Origin: Bdellovibrionota bacterium | GTDB lineage: Bacteria > Bdellovibrionota_C > UBA2361 > OMII01 | Direction of reading: 5' to 3' | Length of the DNA stretch: 64,000 bases | NCBI GenBank assembly: GCA_044345405.1 | Contig: JBIJBE010000016.1 | Location: 11,040-75,039, forward strand | Shown: positions 46,667-56,263 of the stretch, piece by piece | Numbering within the stretch: the stretch's first letter is position 1 | Layout of the letters: every line of letters starts with the position of its first letter | Notes under the pieces: generated by a model | The model's input: only the letters and a program-made list of their open reading frames with translations | The model's database searches: none | What the model was told of the DNA's origin: nothing | Program-made: the position numbers and the translations under genes

Positions 46667-46823
46667 ACTGGGTGCAAAAAAGGCTCGATACGGAGGAGGA
46701 TAGCCTATCGGCGCGGCCGAGGACCATCATCCCATGAAGATGGCGGAGGGTTATCGCGCCCTATGGCGCTTTTCAGGTGGGTGGTGCATCTTGAGGGGAA
46801 CGGCCCACTCCCCAAGGATAGCC

Positions 46824-47429
46824 ATGAAGAACGTGCTTCTCGCGTCTATCGCGACCCTCCTCTCAGTAATTCCCGCGACTCCACGACGAGCGATGGCGGA
46901 TACCTGGAACCTGCCAAGTCCGTTGAATGACTCTAACACTAAGGTCTCCTTCGTCGTTGATTCGACCTGGCACACCGTCAACGGAACGACGAGAGATCTT
47001 AATGGTTCTGTGGTCTTGAAGGATAAAAACGATCCGCTCTCGATCGTGGTCGATCTGAAAATTCAAGTGAAGACCTTTGATACCGATTGGGATAGTCGGG
47101 ACGAGAAGTTGCAAGAATGTATGGCGTCGGACACCTATCCTGTGGCGTCTTTTAGATCGACCCGTCTCTCTGATAACTGCAAACCGACCGTCATTGATAT
47201 CGCCGGAAAGTGTTCCGGAACATTGACCGGTATCATCACGATGCGAGATGTTTCTAAAGAGGTCGCTCTTCCCGTTTCTATAACCAAGGAGCATGATAGC
47301 TACCTCATCAGCGGAGCGCTTCCTGTGACGTGGGCGGACTACAACATTGAGGATCCCTCGATCCTCATAGCCAAGCTCGACCCAGTCGTTACTATCTCGT
47401 ACCAGACGAAGATACCGCTGAAACGGTAA
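46824..47429 (+). CDS. YceI-family lipid/polyisoprenoid-binding protein
   Basis: Signal peptide; V.G, FDT....RDEKL, YPVASF.S, G.ITMRDVSK.V, DYNI. Confidence 0.85.
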   Translation: MKNVLLASIATLLSVIPATPRRAMADTWNLPSPLNDSNTKVSFVVDSTWHTVNGTTRDLNGSVVLKDKNDPLSIVVDLKIQVKTFDTDWDSRDEKLQECMASDTYPVASFRSTRLSDNCKPTVIDIAGKCSGTLTGIITMRDVSKEVALPVSITKEHDSYLISGALPVTWADYNIEDPSILIAKLDPVVTISYQTKIPLKR

Positions 47430-47609
47430 CTAGTGTCCCTTTCAGCGAGTTTTGTGCGGATGAGGCCGAACCCTAGTCGCAAGAGACACTAGTAGACTCT
47501 ATAGTTTTTCGCCGCAAAATGCGGCTAAAACGAACAGCCCTAGCGCGGCTTATGGGGCTTTTGAGGTGGGGAAAAATTTATTGAAAGCCGCACAAGAGGC
47601 TCCGTCACC

Positions 47610-48650
47610 ATGTCTTTCGTTCAGTCAGTTGTTACCGCGCTTCCACCGTATCGCTATTCAACCAAGGAGATTACCGAGAAGGCGGGATCGTGGTTGAAAA
47701 ACTCCGAACAAGAGCGTGCGCTCTTTGAACGATTGGCGAACTCAACTAAGATCGAGCACCGCAACTTCGCGCTTCCGATCGATGATCTCTTGGCTCTTAG
47801 TGGCCCAGCGGTCCGTGCCCAGATTTTCAAGGAGATGGGTGGGAGCCTTCTTAGGGATGTTCTCTCTCAAGCCATGGAGGTCACAGCAACCGATCCCCGG
47901 GAGGTGGGAGCTTTGCTCTCAACCTCGTGTTCAGTTCCAACGATTCCGGCCATTGACGCTTCAGTGGTTGGGGACCTCGGTATGCGAGAGACTCTACTTA
48001 GACTCCCCGTTTTTCAGTACGGATGCGCCGGTGGTGCAATTGGCATCTCTCTCGGTCGGCACCTGTGCGCGACGACTGGAGTAACGCTCCTCGCTTCAGT
48101 TGAGCTTTGCTCCCTCGTGTATCAAGGCGCAGACCTGCAGGCGGGCAATATAGTTGGGTCCGCGATCTTCGGGGACGGCGCCGCGTGCGTGGTCATCTCT
48201 CCCGAGAGAGGGCCACTCAGAATTGTCGACTCCCAGTCTTTCCTGATTCCCGATACGAGCGATCTCATGGGGTACGACATCTTTGATGATGGGACGCATC
48301 TCCGCTTGGATAGAGAGATACCGCAGGCGCTTCTCTCCGCCGCGCCGAAAGCGATAGATTCATTCCTCAGGAACGCTGGTCTTTCCCCAACGGACGTTCG
48401 CTGGTGGCTCTTTCATCCAGGGGGCGCCAAGATCCTCTCAAGCCTTGAGGAGACCCTCTCCGTCTCTCGATCGCAAACGCGGTGGAGTTGGGAGAGTTTG
48501 CGAGACCACGGTAATATGTCATCCGCTTCTATCCTCTTCGCCTTGAAGAGCTTCCTCGATGATAAGGAATACGAGCCGGGTGATAGGATGGTGATGCTTG
48601 GAGTCGGGCCAGGATTAACGCTCCAGCTCAATCTTTTTGAGTGTTGTTAA
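47610..48650 (+). CDS. Type III polyketide synthase (SrsA/BpsA-like)
   Basis: Catalytic triad GCAGG / FHPGG / GNMSSAS; VELCSL; FGDGAA; GPG. Confidence 0.93.
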   Translation: MSFVQSVVTALPPYRYSTKEITEKAGSWLKNSEQERALFERLANSTKIEHRNFALPIDDLLALSGPAVRAQIFKEMGGSLLRDVLSQAMEVTATDPREVGALLSTSCSVPTIPAIDASVVGDLGMRETLLRLPVFQYGCAGGAIGISLGRHLCATTGVTLLASVELCSLVYQGADLQAGNIVGSAIFGDGAACVVISPERGPLRIVDSQSFLIPDTSDLMGYDIFDDGTHLRLDREIPQALLSAAPKAIDSFLRNAGLSPTDVRWWLFHPGGAKILSSLEETLSVSRSQTRWSWESLRDHGNMSSASILFALKSFLDDKEYEPGDRMVMLGVGPGLTLQLNLFECC

Positions 48651-49273
48651 TGTCTGCGTTGTTTTGGGTGCTCTTCGGGTACTGCGTTCTTGAGCGTCTT
48701 GGTGAGCTCATCATATCTCGACGCAATCAAGACAAGATGAAGGCCAATGGGTTCTCAGAGAAGGAGACCTTGGCTGGAGTGCGTTGGATGATCGCGCTTC
48801 ATACCTCGTGGTATGTGGCGATGCTCGTTGAGGTGGTGAGCTTTCCATCGATTGTACCATCGGTTATTGGTTTCGGCGCCGCGGCAGCTTTTCTGATGGC
48901 GCAGGTCTTGCGATTCTGGGCTCTTCGGACGCTCGGGAGCTTTTGGAATATCTCGGTTGTCACAACCGACGGGGTTGGCCCGCGGTTTGTCTCTCACGGT
49001 CCCTATCGGTTTATTAGGCATCCCAACTACTTGGTCGTTATCATCGAGATAGCGACCCTTCCCCTTGTTGGAGGCGCCGTGTGGACCTCATCGATCTTCA
49101 CCCTTTTAAATGGTCTCGTTCTCGCTCGTCGAATCCCCTTAGAGGAGTCTCATCTCTTTCGCATTTCGGGATATCGAGATGTAATGGGAGGGAAGGGGAG
49201 ATTTATACCCTGTGACCTATTCGGACGGCGATGCGCGGAACACCTCACAAAGAAGGACGAGTTGTCATCATAG
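48650..49273 (+). CDS. Isoprenylcysteine carboxyl methyltransferase-family protein (SrsB/BpsB-like)
   Basis: RL.EL..SRRN, LRFWA..TLG.FW, GPYRFIRHPNYLVV..E, RI..EE; TAATG overlap with the PKS gene. Confidence 0.88.
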   Translation: MSALFWVLFGYCVLERLGELIISRRNQDKMKANGFSEKETLAGVRWMIALHTSWYVAMLVEVVSFPSIVPSVIGFGAAAAFLMAQVLRFWALRTLGSFWNISVVTTDGVGPRFVSHGPYRFIRHPNYLVVIIEIATLPLVGGAVWTSSIFTLLNGLVLARRIPLEESHLFRISGYRDVMGGKGRFIPCDLFGRRCAEHLTKKDELSS

Positions 49274-50427
49274 GAGCTTCCCTCGCGGGCTCAATCACCG
49301 CGATCGAGTTAGCCCGCGCCGGCGCCCACGTCACCCTGATCGATAAAGAGACGTTCCCCCGTCGTAAACCTTGTGGTGAAGGGTTGTCCGCTCGTGGTCA
49401 AGCGGAACTCGCCGCGGCCGGGTGTTCGCTGGACGATCTTTCGTGTTCGTATCGGCCTCTCAATGGCTATCGAATCTTTCAGGGCTCTCGTTCCCTTGAG
49501 ATACCCGATCGCGCGGGACTGGTCGGCGTCACCCGGATGGACCTCGACGCCGCGCTCCTATCGTACGCCGCGCGGTTCCCCACCGTCGATGTGGTTCTCG
49601 GCGCGAAAGCGTCAGTACGGGAGGCACGACCGGGATATTGTAAAGTTAAGGTTGGAGCGAGTGAGGTGATTGGCGATTCGCTGATCGTCGCTGATGGTGC
49701 GACCTCGCCTACGCTTCGGGCTCTCGGTCGCTCTCTTCCGATTCCTCGTAATCCCCGTCTTGGAACAAGCTCTGTCTGGCGGCTGGTCGGAGGCTCCCTT
49801 ACTTCTAAAGTTCATACGGTGCTCGTTCGTAGAGGTGAGATCTACCTGACCCCTCTCGCGAACGGATTAGTAAACGTCTCGGCGCTTGGAGACCGCGCCT
49901 TAATCCAACCCTTCGCGCGAGAGCGATCCCTACGCGTGCGGATGGATGCGATCTCAGACATGATGGGTGTTTCGCTTGAACTGGTATCTCCGCCTCTGAG
50001 CTGTGGAGCTCTGAACACCATGTATCGGTGTGCGAGCGTTCGGGGCGCCTATGTAGTGGGTGATGCGTGTGAGACCTTTGACCCGTGCGCCGGGTTTGGA
50101 ATGGCGCATGCCCTTATTTCGGGTCGATTAGCGGCATGGTGTTTGCTGCGAGGCCTTAAAGAAACGAACCCTTCAGAGGCGGCTCGCATGTACGCGCTGG
50201 AGCGAGAAGAGCGGATTCGAGATGTGCGGGGATTCGCGCGCCTCACTTCAGCCACGATGACGAGTGGAGTGGGGCGAATGAGCTTGCCTTTTATCGTCTC
50301 CACCGGACTCGCCGCGCGGGTTTCTCATTCGGTCCATGCGGTGCATACCGGAGGCGCTGTGAGGAGCGTAGTGTCTCTTCTTGGTGGACTCGCGCGGGGG
50401 GCTCAACCTGAATTCGCTGAGGCTTAA
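49231..50427 (+). CDS. FAD-dependent monooxygenase/oxidoreductase (geranylgeranyl-reductase-like; SrsC position)
   Basis: VVIIGASLAG, FPRRKPCGEGL, R..LD..L, VADG, VGDA....DP..G.GM..A. Confidence 0.85.
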   Translation: MRGTPHKEGRVVIIGASLAGSITAIELARAGAHVTLIDKETFPRRKPCGEGLSARGQAELAAAGCSLDDLSCSYRPLNGYRIFQGSRSLEIPDRAGLVGVTRMDLDAALLSYAARFPTVDVVLGAKASVREARPGYCKVKVGASEVIGDSLIVADGATSPTLRALGRSLPIPRNPRLGTSSVWRLVGGSLTSKVHTVLVRRGEIYLTPLANGLVNVSALGDRALIQPFARERSLRVRMDAISDMMGVSLELVSPPLSCGALNTMYRCASVRGAYVVGDACETFDPCAGFGMAHALISGRLAAWCLLRGLKETNPSEAARMYALEREERIRDVRGFARLTSATMTSGVGRMSLPFIVSTGLAARVSHSVHAVHTGGAVRSVVSLLGGLARGAQPEFAEA

Positions 50428-51815
50428 CCGCGGATGTCATGCATCTCAGACGAGGGCGAGAGGCGCTTTACCGCTTCCCGGAATTGTTCACCTCTATCGC
50501 GATAATCCTTGAACACTGAGAAGCTCGACGAAGCGGGTGACATAACACAGATCTTCCCCGCGCTCGTTAGATCGTAGGCCGCTTGGACGGCGGCGTTCAT
50601 CGATTCAACGTCCATCCGTGTGTACTCTCGTTGAGGAGCGGCCGCCTTCGCGGCATCCCATATCTTTTGACCGGTTGTGGGAAAGAGGATCAGGTTTTTA
50701 ACCTTTGACGCCGCAAGCGCTGGCCCCACGGGAGTCATGTCGACACCACGATCGAATCCGCCAGCGATAACCGTTTCGACCTTATCGCCGAGCGCTACGA
50801 GCGCGTGCGCGAGAGCCTCAGGGATGGTGGCGAGAGAGTCGTTATAGAAAGAGATTTCGTGTCGAGTGGCGACGAACTCAAGCCGATGTTCCAAGGGTTT
50901 GAAGTTTTGTAATCCCTTTTGGATCTGCGCTATGGAACCGCCGAAGGCCACGCCGCACGTAATAGCGGCAAGGGCGTTCTGCAGGTTGCCTGGGCCGATA
51001 ACGGGAAGATCCTCAGTTCGCAGTACGGCGAGGCGTTCGCCGTCCTTCGTAATCATAATATTACCCTTATCGACGCTCGTTGTGCTGTTGAAGCTGTGGC
51101 CTTCATTAAAGTGGAGACGCGATCCAAGAAAACCGCTCGTGATATTTGTAAGGAGCTCAGTTGTCTCGTTGGTAATGAGGAAGTTTCCAGCGGTTTGGTG
51201 CCGTCCGATATTCGCTTTCGCCGCGCTGTAGGCATCGAATCCGCCATGGTAATCGAGGTGCTCGGGAACGATGTTGAGGAGTATCGCCACGTCCGGGCTC
51301 CGGCGGAGGTCCTCAAGTTGATAGCTTGAGAGCTCAACGACAAATACCGTATTCGCGGTCGCCCCGGCGAGGTGGCTCAGCATCGGAGTGCCGATGTTTC
51401 CCACTAATCGAACGTCAGGAACGATCTGATTCAGTATAGAGGCGGTGAGAGATGATGTCGTACTCTTTCCCTTGGTACCGGTGATGCCAACGATGCGTCC
51501 GGGACACTCCGCGAAGAAGATATTGGTCGCTGAAGTGAGGTGGGCGTTCGCTCCCATGAAGGGCTTAATGAGACGGATGCTCACGCCCGGGGATCGAACG
51601 ATAGTGTCAAAAGAGTGCGCCGAAGCGAGATAGGTTGGGCCCATGAATACCTCAACGCCGTCCGGAATACCCGCGTTTGCGCTGTCGATGTTGTGGTCGG
51701 CTATCCCTATGCGCGCGTTCGGATGTCGGCTACGAATATATTCGAGGACGCTCCGTCCTTCGCGCCCGAATCCAACGATCAGAAACGAATCTCCACGAAG
51801 CTCAGGGTTTCTCAT
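50424..51815 (-). CDS. murD: UDP-N-acetylmuramoyl-L-alanine--glutamate ligase (MurD2-type by context)
   Basis: RSPGV, GITGTKGKSTT, GNIG, ELSSYQL, EHLDYHG, HRLE, YNDSLAT, SPA.SSF..F..Y..RG; ATGA-coupled to murL. Confidence 0.92.
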   Translation of the reverse strand: MRNPELRGDSFLIVGFGREGRSVLEYIRSRHPNARIGIADHNIDSANAGIPDGVEVFMGPTYLASAHSFDTIVRSPGVSIRLIKPFMGANAHLTSATNIFFAECPGRIVGITGTKGKSTTSSLTASILNQIVPDVRLVGNIGTPMLSHLAGATANTVFVVELSSYQLEDLRRSPDVAILLNIVPEHLDYHGGFDAYSAAKANIGRHQTAGNFLITNETTELLTNITSGFLGSRLHFNEGHSFNSTTSVDKGNIMITKDGERLAVLRTEDLPVIGPGNLQNALAAITCGVAFGGSIAQIQKGLQNFKPLEHRLEFVATRHEISFYNDSLATIPEALAHALVALGDKVETVIAGGFDRGVDMTPVGPALAASKVKNLILFPTTGQKIWDAAKAAAPQREYTRMDVESMNAAVQAAYDLTSAGKICVMSPASSSFSVFKDYRDRGEQFREAVKRLSPSSEMHDIRG

Positions 51816-53254
51816 GCGAGCTCCTTGAGAAGGCGCTGAAGCCGCTGTGCGTATTCTGATGGAAGTTCGTGGTCATCGCTCCATGCGATGAGGGTCTCCC
51901 GCGCGTTGTGTAGCGAGGGGAGGATGTTTTGTCGCCTGAGTTTCTCAGCGATCGCCTCCAATCCGGTGGGTGCCGGGATTCCCTCCTGCGCGTAGCGCGC
52001 GAGTGTCAGCACGAGCGCGTCACGTGATTCCCCTATGGTGCCCACACACTCAAGTGGTTTGTGATCTCGTACGCCGGTAAGCTCCTCAATCGCTGAGAGG
52101 ATCTCGGGAACCTCAAAGAGGTCTTTTCCAAAGATGGATGCGCGATGATCCGGTGAGGTAAATGGCGCGATAGTGAGGCACACAAAGGCGCATTTTGGGC
52201 ACTTCCCGCACCACTTGTCATCTCGTTGCCCCACGTTACAACTGCGGAAGGAGTGAAGGTGGCGCGGGGCGAGTCGGGCGAATAGTCCGCTCACCTGCAG
52301 ATCGTAGAGGGGGCGAATGATGCTGTAGTACGACGCGCATCCAGGGAAGTGCTCAGCGGCGTAGGCTCGAAATCTTCGTTCGAACCGAACGCCCTTTGAG
52401 TACTGATGATTGATCGCGAGTCCGTGAAAGATCGTGTTCTCCTCGCTCGCGCTCCGTTCGTTAGACACGATCACTGAGCCGAGACCATACATCTCCGCGA
52501 TCATGGTGCCTAAAAACGCGAGATAGGCGGAAAATGGGGTATGTCCGTTGAGATACCCCTGAGCGTTCATTTCGATGAGCTGTGTATCGATCGTTCGGCG
52601 AACGACGAGAGGCTCGCCGTAGCCAGCGATAGTAATGCTTTCACTCGCGGAACGAGATGGATTGAGCATGAGCGTTTCGCGACGGACGTTTGGATTGAAC
52701 GCCTTGAGCATCTCTAGGGTAAGGGAAGAGTCCTTTCCGCCCGCCGCCATGACGAGCTCGCCGTTTTTGGTGGTAGCGTCGCCTTGAGCGCTTCGTGGAA
52801 GTGGACGATCTCCCCGCGACTCTATGGAGAGCAGCCCGTCTTGGCTCGGGTCTATATCATTGACGAAGTAGAACTCTCCGAGTCCATTGATGAAGAGATC
52901 GTGCCACCACGCACGCTCATCTTCCGTCAATCGATAGCCATCGATGATGACGCGCGGGGGGCATGCCGCTTTCCAGTAGCTAAGAACCTCAACCATCCCA
53001 AGGTGAAAGAGGTACGGGGCAAGTTTACTCTCCACTATCTCGGTGGCCGGAAGAGAAATCGCCGGAAAAGAAATCGCCGGAAAAGAAATCGCCGGAAAAG
53101 AAATCGATGGACGAAATTGGATAGAAGGCTCTAGATCTATCAGGAAGGTCGCTTGAAAGGTGTCGCCGTGACGTACGAGGGTGTACCCCCGGTAGGTGAG
53201 GGTGGGGTGTTTAGAACGAAGCGTTGTAAACGTCGAGGTCACGATAGATTCCAT
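51812..53254 (-). CDS. murL: UDP-MurNAc-L-Ala-L-Glu epimerase MurL
   Basis: SYWKA, GLGEFYF.N, GGKDS, NGHTP, SNERSA, NHQYSK, FRSCN, WCGKCPKC, KPLECVG. Confidence 0.88.
   Translation of the reverse strand: MESIVTSTFTTLRSKHPTLTYRGYTLVRHGDTFQATFLIDLEPSIQFRPSISFPAISFPAISFPAISLPATEIVESKLAPYLFHLGMVEVLSYWKAACPPRVIIDGYRLTEDERAWWHDLFINGLGEFYFVNDIDPSQDGLLSIESRGDRPLPRSAQGDATTKNGELVMAAGGKDSSLTLEMLKAFNPNVRRETLMLNPSRSASESITIAGYGEPLVVRRTIDTQLIEMNAQGYLNGHTPFSAYLAFLGTMIAEMYGLGSVIVSNERSASEENTIFHGLAINHQYSKGVRFERRFRAYAAEHFPGCASYYSIIRPLYDLQVSGLFARLAPRHLHSFRSCNVGQRDDKWCGKCPKCAFVCLTIAPFTSPDHRASIFGKDLFEVPEILSAIEELTGVRDHKPLECVGTIGESRDALVLTLARYAQEGIPAPTGLEAIAEKLRRQNILPSLHNARETLIAWSDDHELPSEYAQRLQRLLKELA
53046..53105. 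repeat. In-frame 15-bp tandem repeat x4 (GCCGGAAAAGAAATC) inside murL
   Basis: Three exact copies plus one with a single mismatch; encodes ISFPA x3 + ISLPA. Confidence 0.95.
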
Positions 53255-53397
53255 CCAGCTATGGCCGTAGCGAACCGGAGGAAGGCTACCACGATCACGA
53301 TGGGAGTAGTAGAACCGGGAAGTGAGAAAAGGGGCAATAGTTGCGGTCGGTTGCCCGCCCAGCGAGTGTCCTCGTGCGCTAAGCCGCCTGGAGTCTA

Positions 53398-54615
53398 ATG
53401 TCCATGAATGTTCTTTCCGTTCGTATCGACCGTTTTCTGATAGCCGCCGCGCTGGGCTTAGCTGTGGCTATCATCGGAGCGCTCTCGATTGAACAGGCCC
53501 CGTCTGCGGCCATCGTTCGTGGAGATTTTCCCGCCTTCTACGCTATGGCGACCCTTGCGGATCGGAGGGATGGCGCGCGGCTCTACGACCTTGAAACGCA
53601 GCGACAGGTTCAAAACGAGCTATGGCCCTCGCTTGAAGGGTCTGTTCTGCCGATGGCATATCCCGCGTTTCTCGCCTTTTGTCTGGAGCCACTCGCGGAG
53701 CTCTCCCCATCGAACGCTCGATTAGCGTGGATCCTTGCTATGACGCTCTGCGTAGCTCTAGCTGGTGCGCTGATAGCGAGAACCTCGCCATTCCTCAGGG
53801 GGCTGACATGGCAGGTGATCGTTACATCGCTTCTCTTCGCACCGCTGTTTTTGGGGGTGATTGGTGGACAGATCGTTGGTTTGAGCGTGTTGCTGTACGC
53901 CGCGCTCCTCTTTCTTGATCGACGACAAAAAAAGGAGATGGAGATCCCTATCGGTATTCTGGCTGGGCTCTGGATGTACAAACCGCACTTCGCGTTGGCG
54001 ATCGTGTTTGTCTTCCTCGTGCAGTCCCGGTGGCGTGCAATTGGAGCGTGTTTCACGACGTGCGCTGTCCTCTGGTCGCTCGGAGCGTTGGTCGCGGGAG
54101 TTGATTGGCTCTCTCGGTGGTACGCGTTCGCGAGGGGATTCTCGCACATTGATCTGGTGAGTAACGCGCCGCAAATGACCGGTATCGTGCCGTTCCTGTA
54201 TGTTGTGAACGATTGGATGTCAGGGCAAGAGCATGTAGGAGCTGAGACATGGGGTGCGCTTACCCTCTTTTTCGCCCTCGTCGTGCCATCCGTTCTCGCG
54301 TTCGTATCTCGGCGCGGAGGCTCGAGCGGGCCAAATCTGGGGCTCCTTGCCGTGGGACCCCTTATCGTGTTGTTTGCTCCCGCCGTTAATTTCTATGATC
54401 TCGCTCTCGCGGCTCTTCCCCTTATGATTCTCTTTCAGCCGAATCAACCTGCGGATCGTCTCCTCGCTGGCGCTCTCCTAGCGTTGAGCCAGATCGTTAT
54501 CCTTCTAAAGGATAGCGGCGTAGCTGGGAGTTGTTTTGTGCTCGCGTTATGTCTCTCGTATATCCTTATCAAAGCCGCGGCTCGAGAGGTCCCAGCGAAC
54601 GTCGTCGAGCGGTGA
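53398..54615 (+). CDS. GT87/DUF2029-family membrane glycosyltransferase
   Basis: DF.AFY, LYD...Q, AYPAF, GQ, KPHF, YDL; about 10 TMs. Confidence 0.8.
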   Translation: MSMNVLSVRIDRFLIAAALGLAVAIIGALSIEQAPSAAIVRGDFPAFYAMATLADRRDGARLYDLETQRQVQNELWPSLEGSVLPMAYPAFLAFCLEPLAELSPSNARLAWILAMTLCVALAGALIARTSPFLRGLTWQVIVTSLLFAPLFLGVIGGQIVGLSVLLYAALLFLDRRQKKEMEIPIGILAGLWMYKPHFALAIVFVFLVQSRWRAIGACFTTCAVLWSLGALVAGVDWLSRWYAFARGFSHIDLVSNAPQMTGIVPFLYVVNDWMSGQEHVGAETWGALTLFFALVVPSVLAFVSRRGGSSGPNLGLLAVGPLIVLFAPAVNFYDLALAALPLMILFQPNQPADRLLAGALLALSQIVILLKDSGVAGSCFVLALCLSYILIKAAAREVPANVVER

Positions 54616-54634
54616 GTCGCGGAAGAAGGGGGAG

Positions 54635-55228
54635 CTATCCCTCTGAGAGCCATCCTCGCTCGACCGCTTCATCGACCTGCCTTACGACGTAATCCCATAA
54701 GCGGGGAGCCGCGCTTTGGATGAATTCGTTTCGTTTGAGTACTTGCGAACGTGAGGGAGAATGGTGCCTCCAGCTCCCTCCTTCGTTTGCCACATTCATG
54801 AGGAGCGGGGCTACTCGATCAATCGCCACCGCGTAGCGGGATTCAGGGGTATCTCGTCTTTCGAATTCAAGCCAGAGCTCTAGAAATTCCTTTCCTTGAT
54901 GCTCGGGAAGGAGTCCGAACAGACGCTTCGCCGCGCGAAGTTCCTTCTCTGGTTGCTCATCCAAGACGGATTGGGACGCGAACGCGAAGGTGTCTCCCGC
55001 GTCGATTTCCACGATGTCGTGAACAAGAAGGAGGCGAATAACCCGATTCAGATCGATCGGCTCATCAACATAGTCATGCAGTACATGAGCTATCAGACAG
55101 ATATGCCAGCTATGTTCCGCGCTGTTTTCTCGCCGGTTATCGTCGGTTTTCACTCGTGCGAGTCGGTAGACCCCCTTTAATGTATCGAGTTCACGGATGA
55201 AGGCGAGTTGAGCGTCAAGATTCTGCAT
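54635..55228 (-). CDS. HD-domain phosphohydrolase (YfbR/HDDC2-like)
   Basis: LK.V.R, RENSAEHSWH, HDIVEIDAGD, LWLEFE, AIDR. Confidence 0.9.
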   Translation of the reverse strand: MQNLDAQLAFIRELDTLKGVYRLARVKTDDNRRENSAEHSWHICLIAHVLHDYVDEPIDLNRVIRLLLVHDIVEIDAGDTFAFASQSVLDEQPEKELRAAKRLFGLLPEHQGKEFLELWLEFERRDTPESRYAVAIDRVAPLLMNVANEGGSWRHHSPSRSQVLKRNEFIQSAAPRLWDYVVRQVDEAVERGWLSEG

Positions 55229-55288
55229 GGGCGAGATGGTAGGGACGTCGCACCTGTTGAGCAAGAATTTAGTGATATGGCCTTCAGA

Positions 55289-56224
55289 TTAGGATTCCTG
55301 TCCTTTCTCATCCATGAGGATTTTTGCCCATAGCTCGGCCGGCACGTCGGGAAAGAGCCCCTTCTCTCCGTGTCGAAGGTGTTCCAGCTCCAGTAGGGCT
55401 CGCTCGACTCGATTTTCTGTGGCTGGAAGGAGGGAGAGGATTTCAAGGGTATGGAGAAACCGGTCTGCCACGGCGGGTCCCCGTTGGAACGCCTTGTTGA
55501 GGTGAACGGCGAGATCAAAATCCGAAAATGATGTCTCCTCAGGGATGCCCGTGATGGACCAGTTCTCGCCCAAGACGCCCCCCTCCGCGTACAAACGAAC
55601 CATCTTGAGTAGTGAGGTGCCGAGCAGGCTCGGCGCTTTATGAAGCGTGCCGCTCCGGTATCGCGAGGGGCGCAGAACGTGTCCGATCGTATCGAGCGCG
55701 CACAGGAGAGATGCGTGAACGACATCATCAATCGCCGTGACTTCGTTAATCGTGAGGTCGCGAGAGCGGAGGTAGCCACCGAGGTCTCGAATGAGCTCAA
55801 CCCTCGCGCCGTGTTCGAAGTCCCGCCCCATAAACGCTCTGCCAACTTCATCGTCGGCAGGGATTCGATGGATGCCCCTACGAACAAGGTCGATATCTCT
55901 CGGTTGTTGAGCTGCTCGTAGTGAAAGGCGAGAGGCTAACGCCTCTCGGGCCGCCCCTCCTTTAACCCCAAATCCAACGGGTATTCCCAAGGATGAGAGC
56001 GTCGCCGCGGGAAGAGGGAGTGAAAGGACGTCATCCTCGAAGGGACAGGGGAGCGACAGATGTTCCTCTATAAAGGAGAGGGCATCGTGAATGGCGCGCC
56101 GAGAGCTGTAGCTTTGAATTAATTGACTGGCGAGAGATTGAGCCCGAGCTTGGAGAGGCGAGAGAGGGCGCTCAGGTGAAAGGGAGCGTTGAGAGATGCT
56201 GAGGGTTGAGCCTTGAATCCACAT
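55289..56224 (-). CDS. Divergent class II (CCA/poly(A)-polymerase-like) nucleotidyltransferase
   Basis: GGAARE...PRDIDL (motif A), RSRDLTIN (motif B), LLKMVRL in place of LRxxRF; no EDxxR. Confidence 0.6.
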   Translation of the reverse strand: MWIQGSTLSISQRSLSPERPLSPLQARAQSLASQLIQSYSSRRAIHDALSFIEEHLSLPCPFEDDVLSLPLPAATLSSLGIPVGFGVKGGAAREALASRLSLRAAQQPRDIDLVRRGIHRIPADDEVGRAFMGRDFEHGARVELIRDLGGYLRSRDLTINEVTAIDDVVHASLLCALDTIGHVLRPSRYRSGTLHKAPSLLGTSLLKMVRLYAEGGVLGENWSITGIPEETSFSDFDLAVHLNKAFQRGPAVADRFLHTLEILSLLPATENRVERALLELEHLRHGEKGLFPDVPAELWAKILMDEKGQES

Positions 56225-56263
56225 CTCGCAACGAGCCTCTGCCTGAAGCTGAAAAGAGAGGTT

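Noticed and set aside
55177-55887. 236-aa alternative-frame ORF, and similar long antisense ORFs (e.g. 32120-32740, 20117-20722)
   Set aside because: They overlap motif-bearing genes, have R/S-rich or featureless composition and no recognisable domains.
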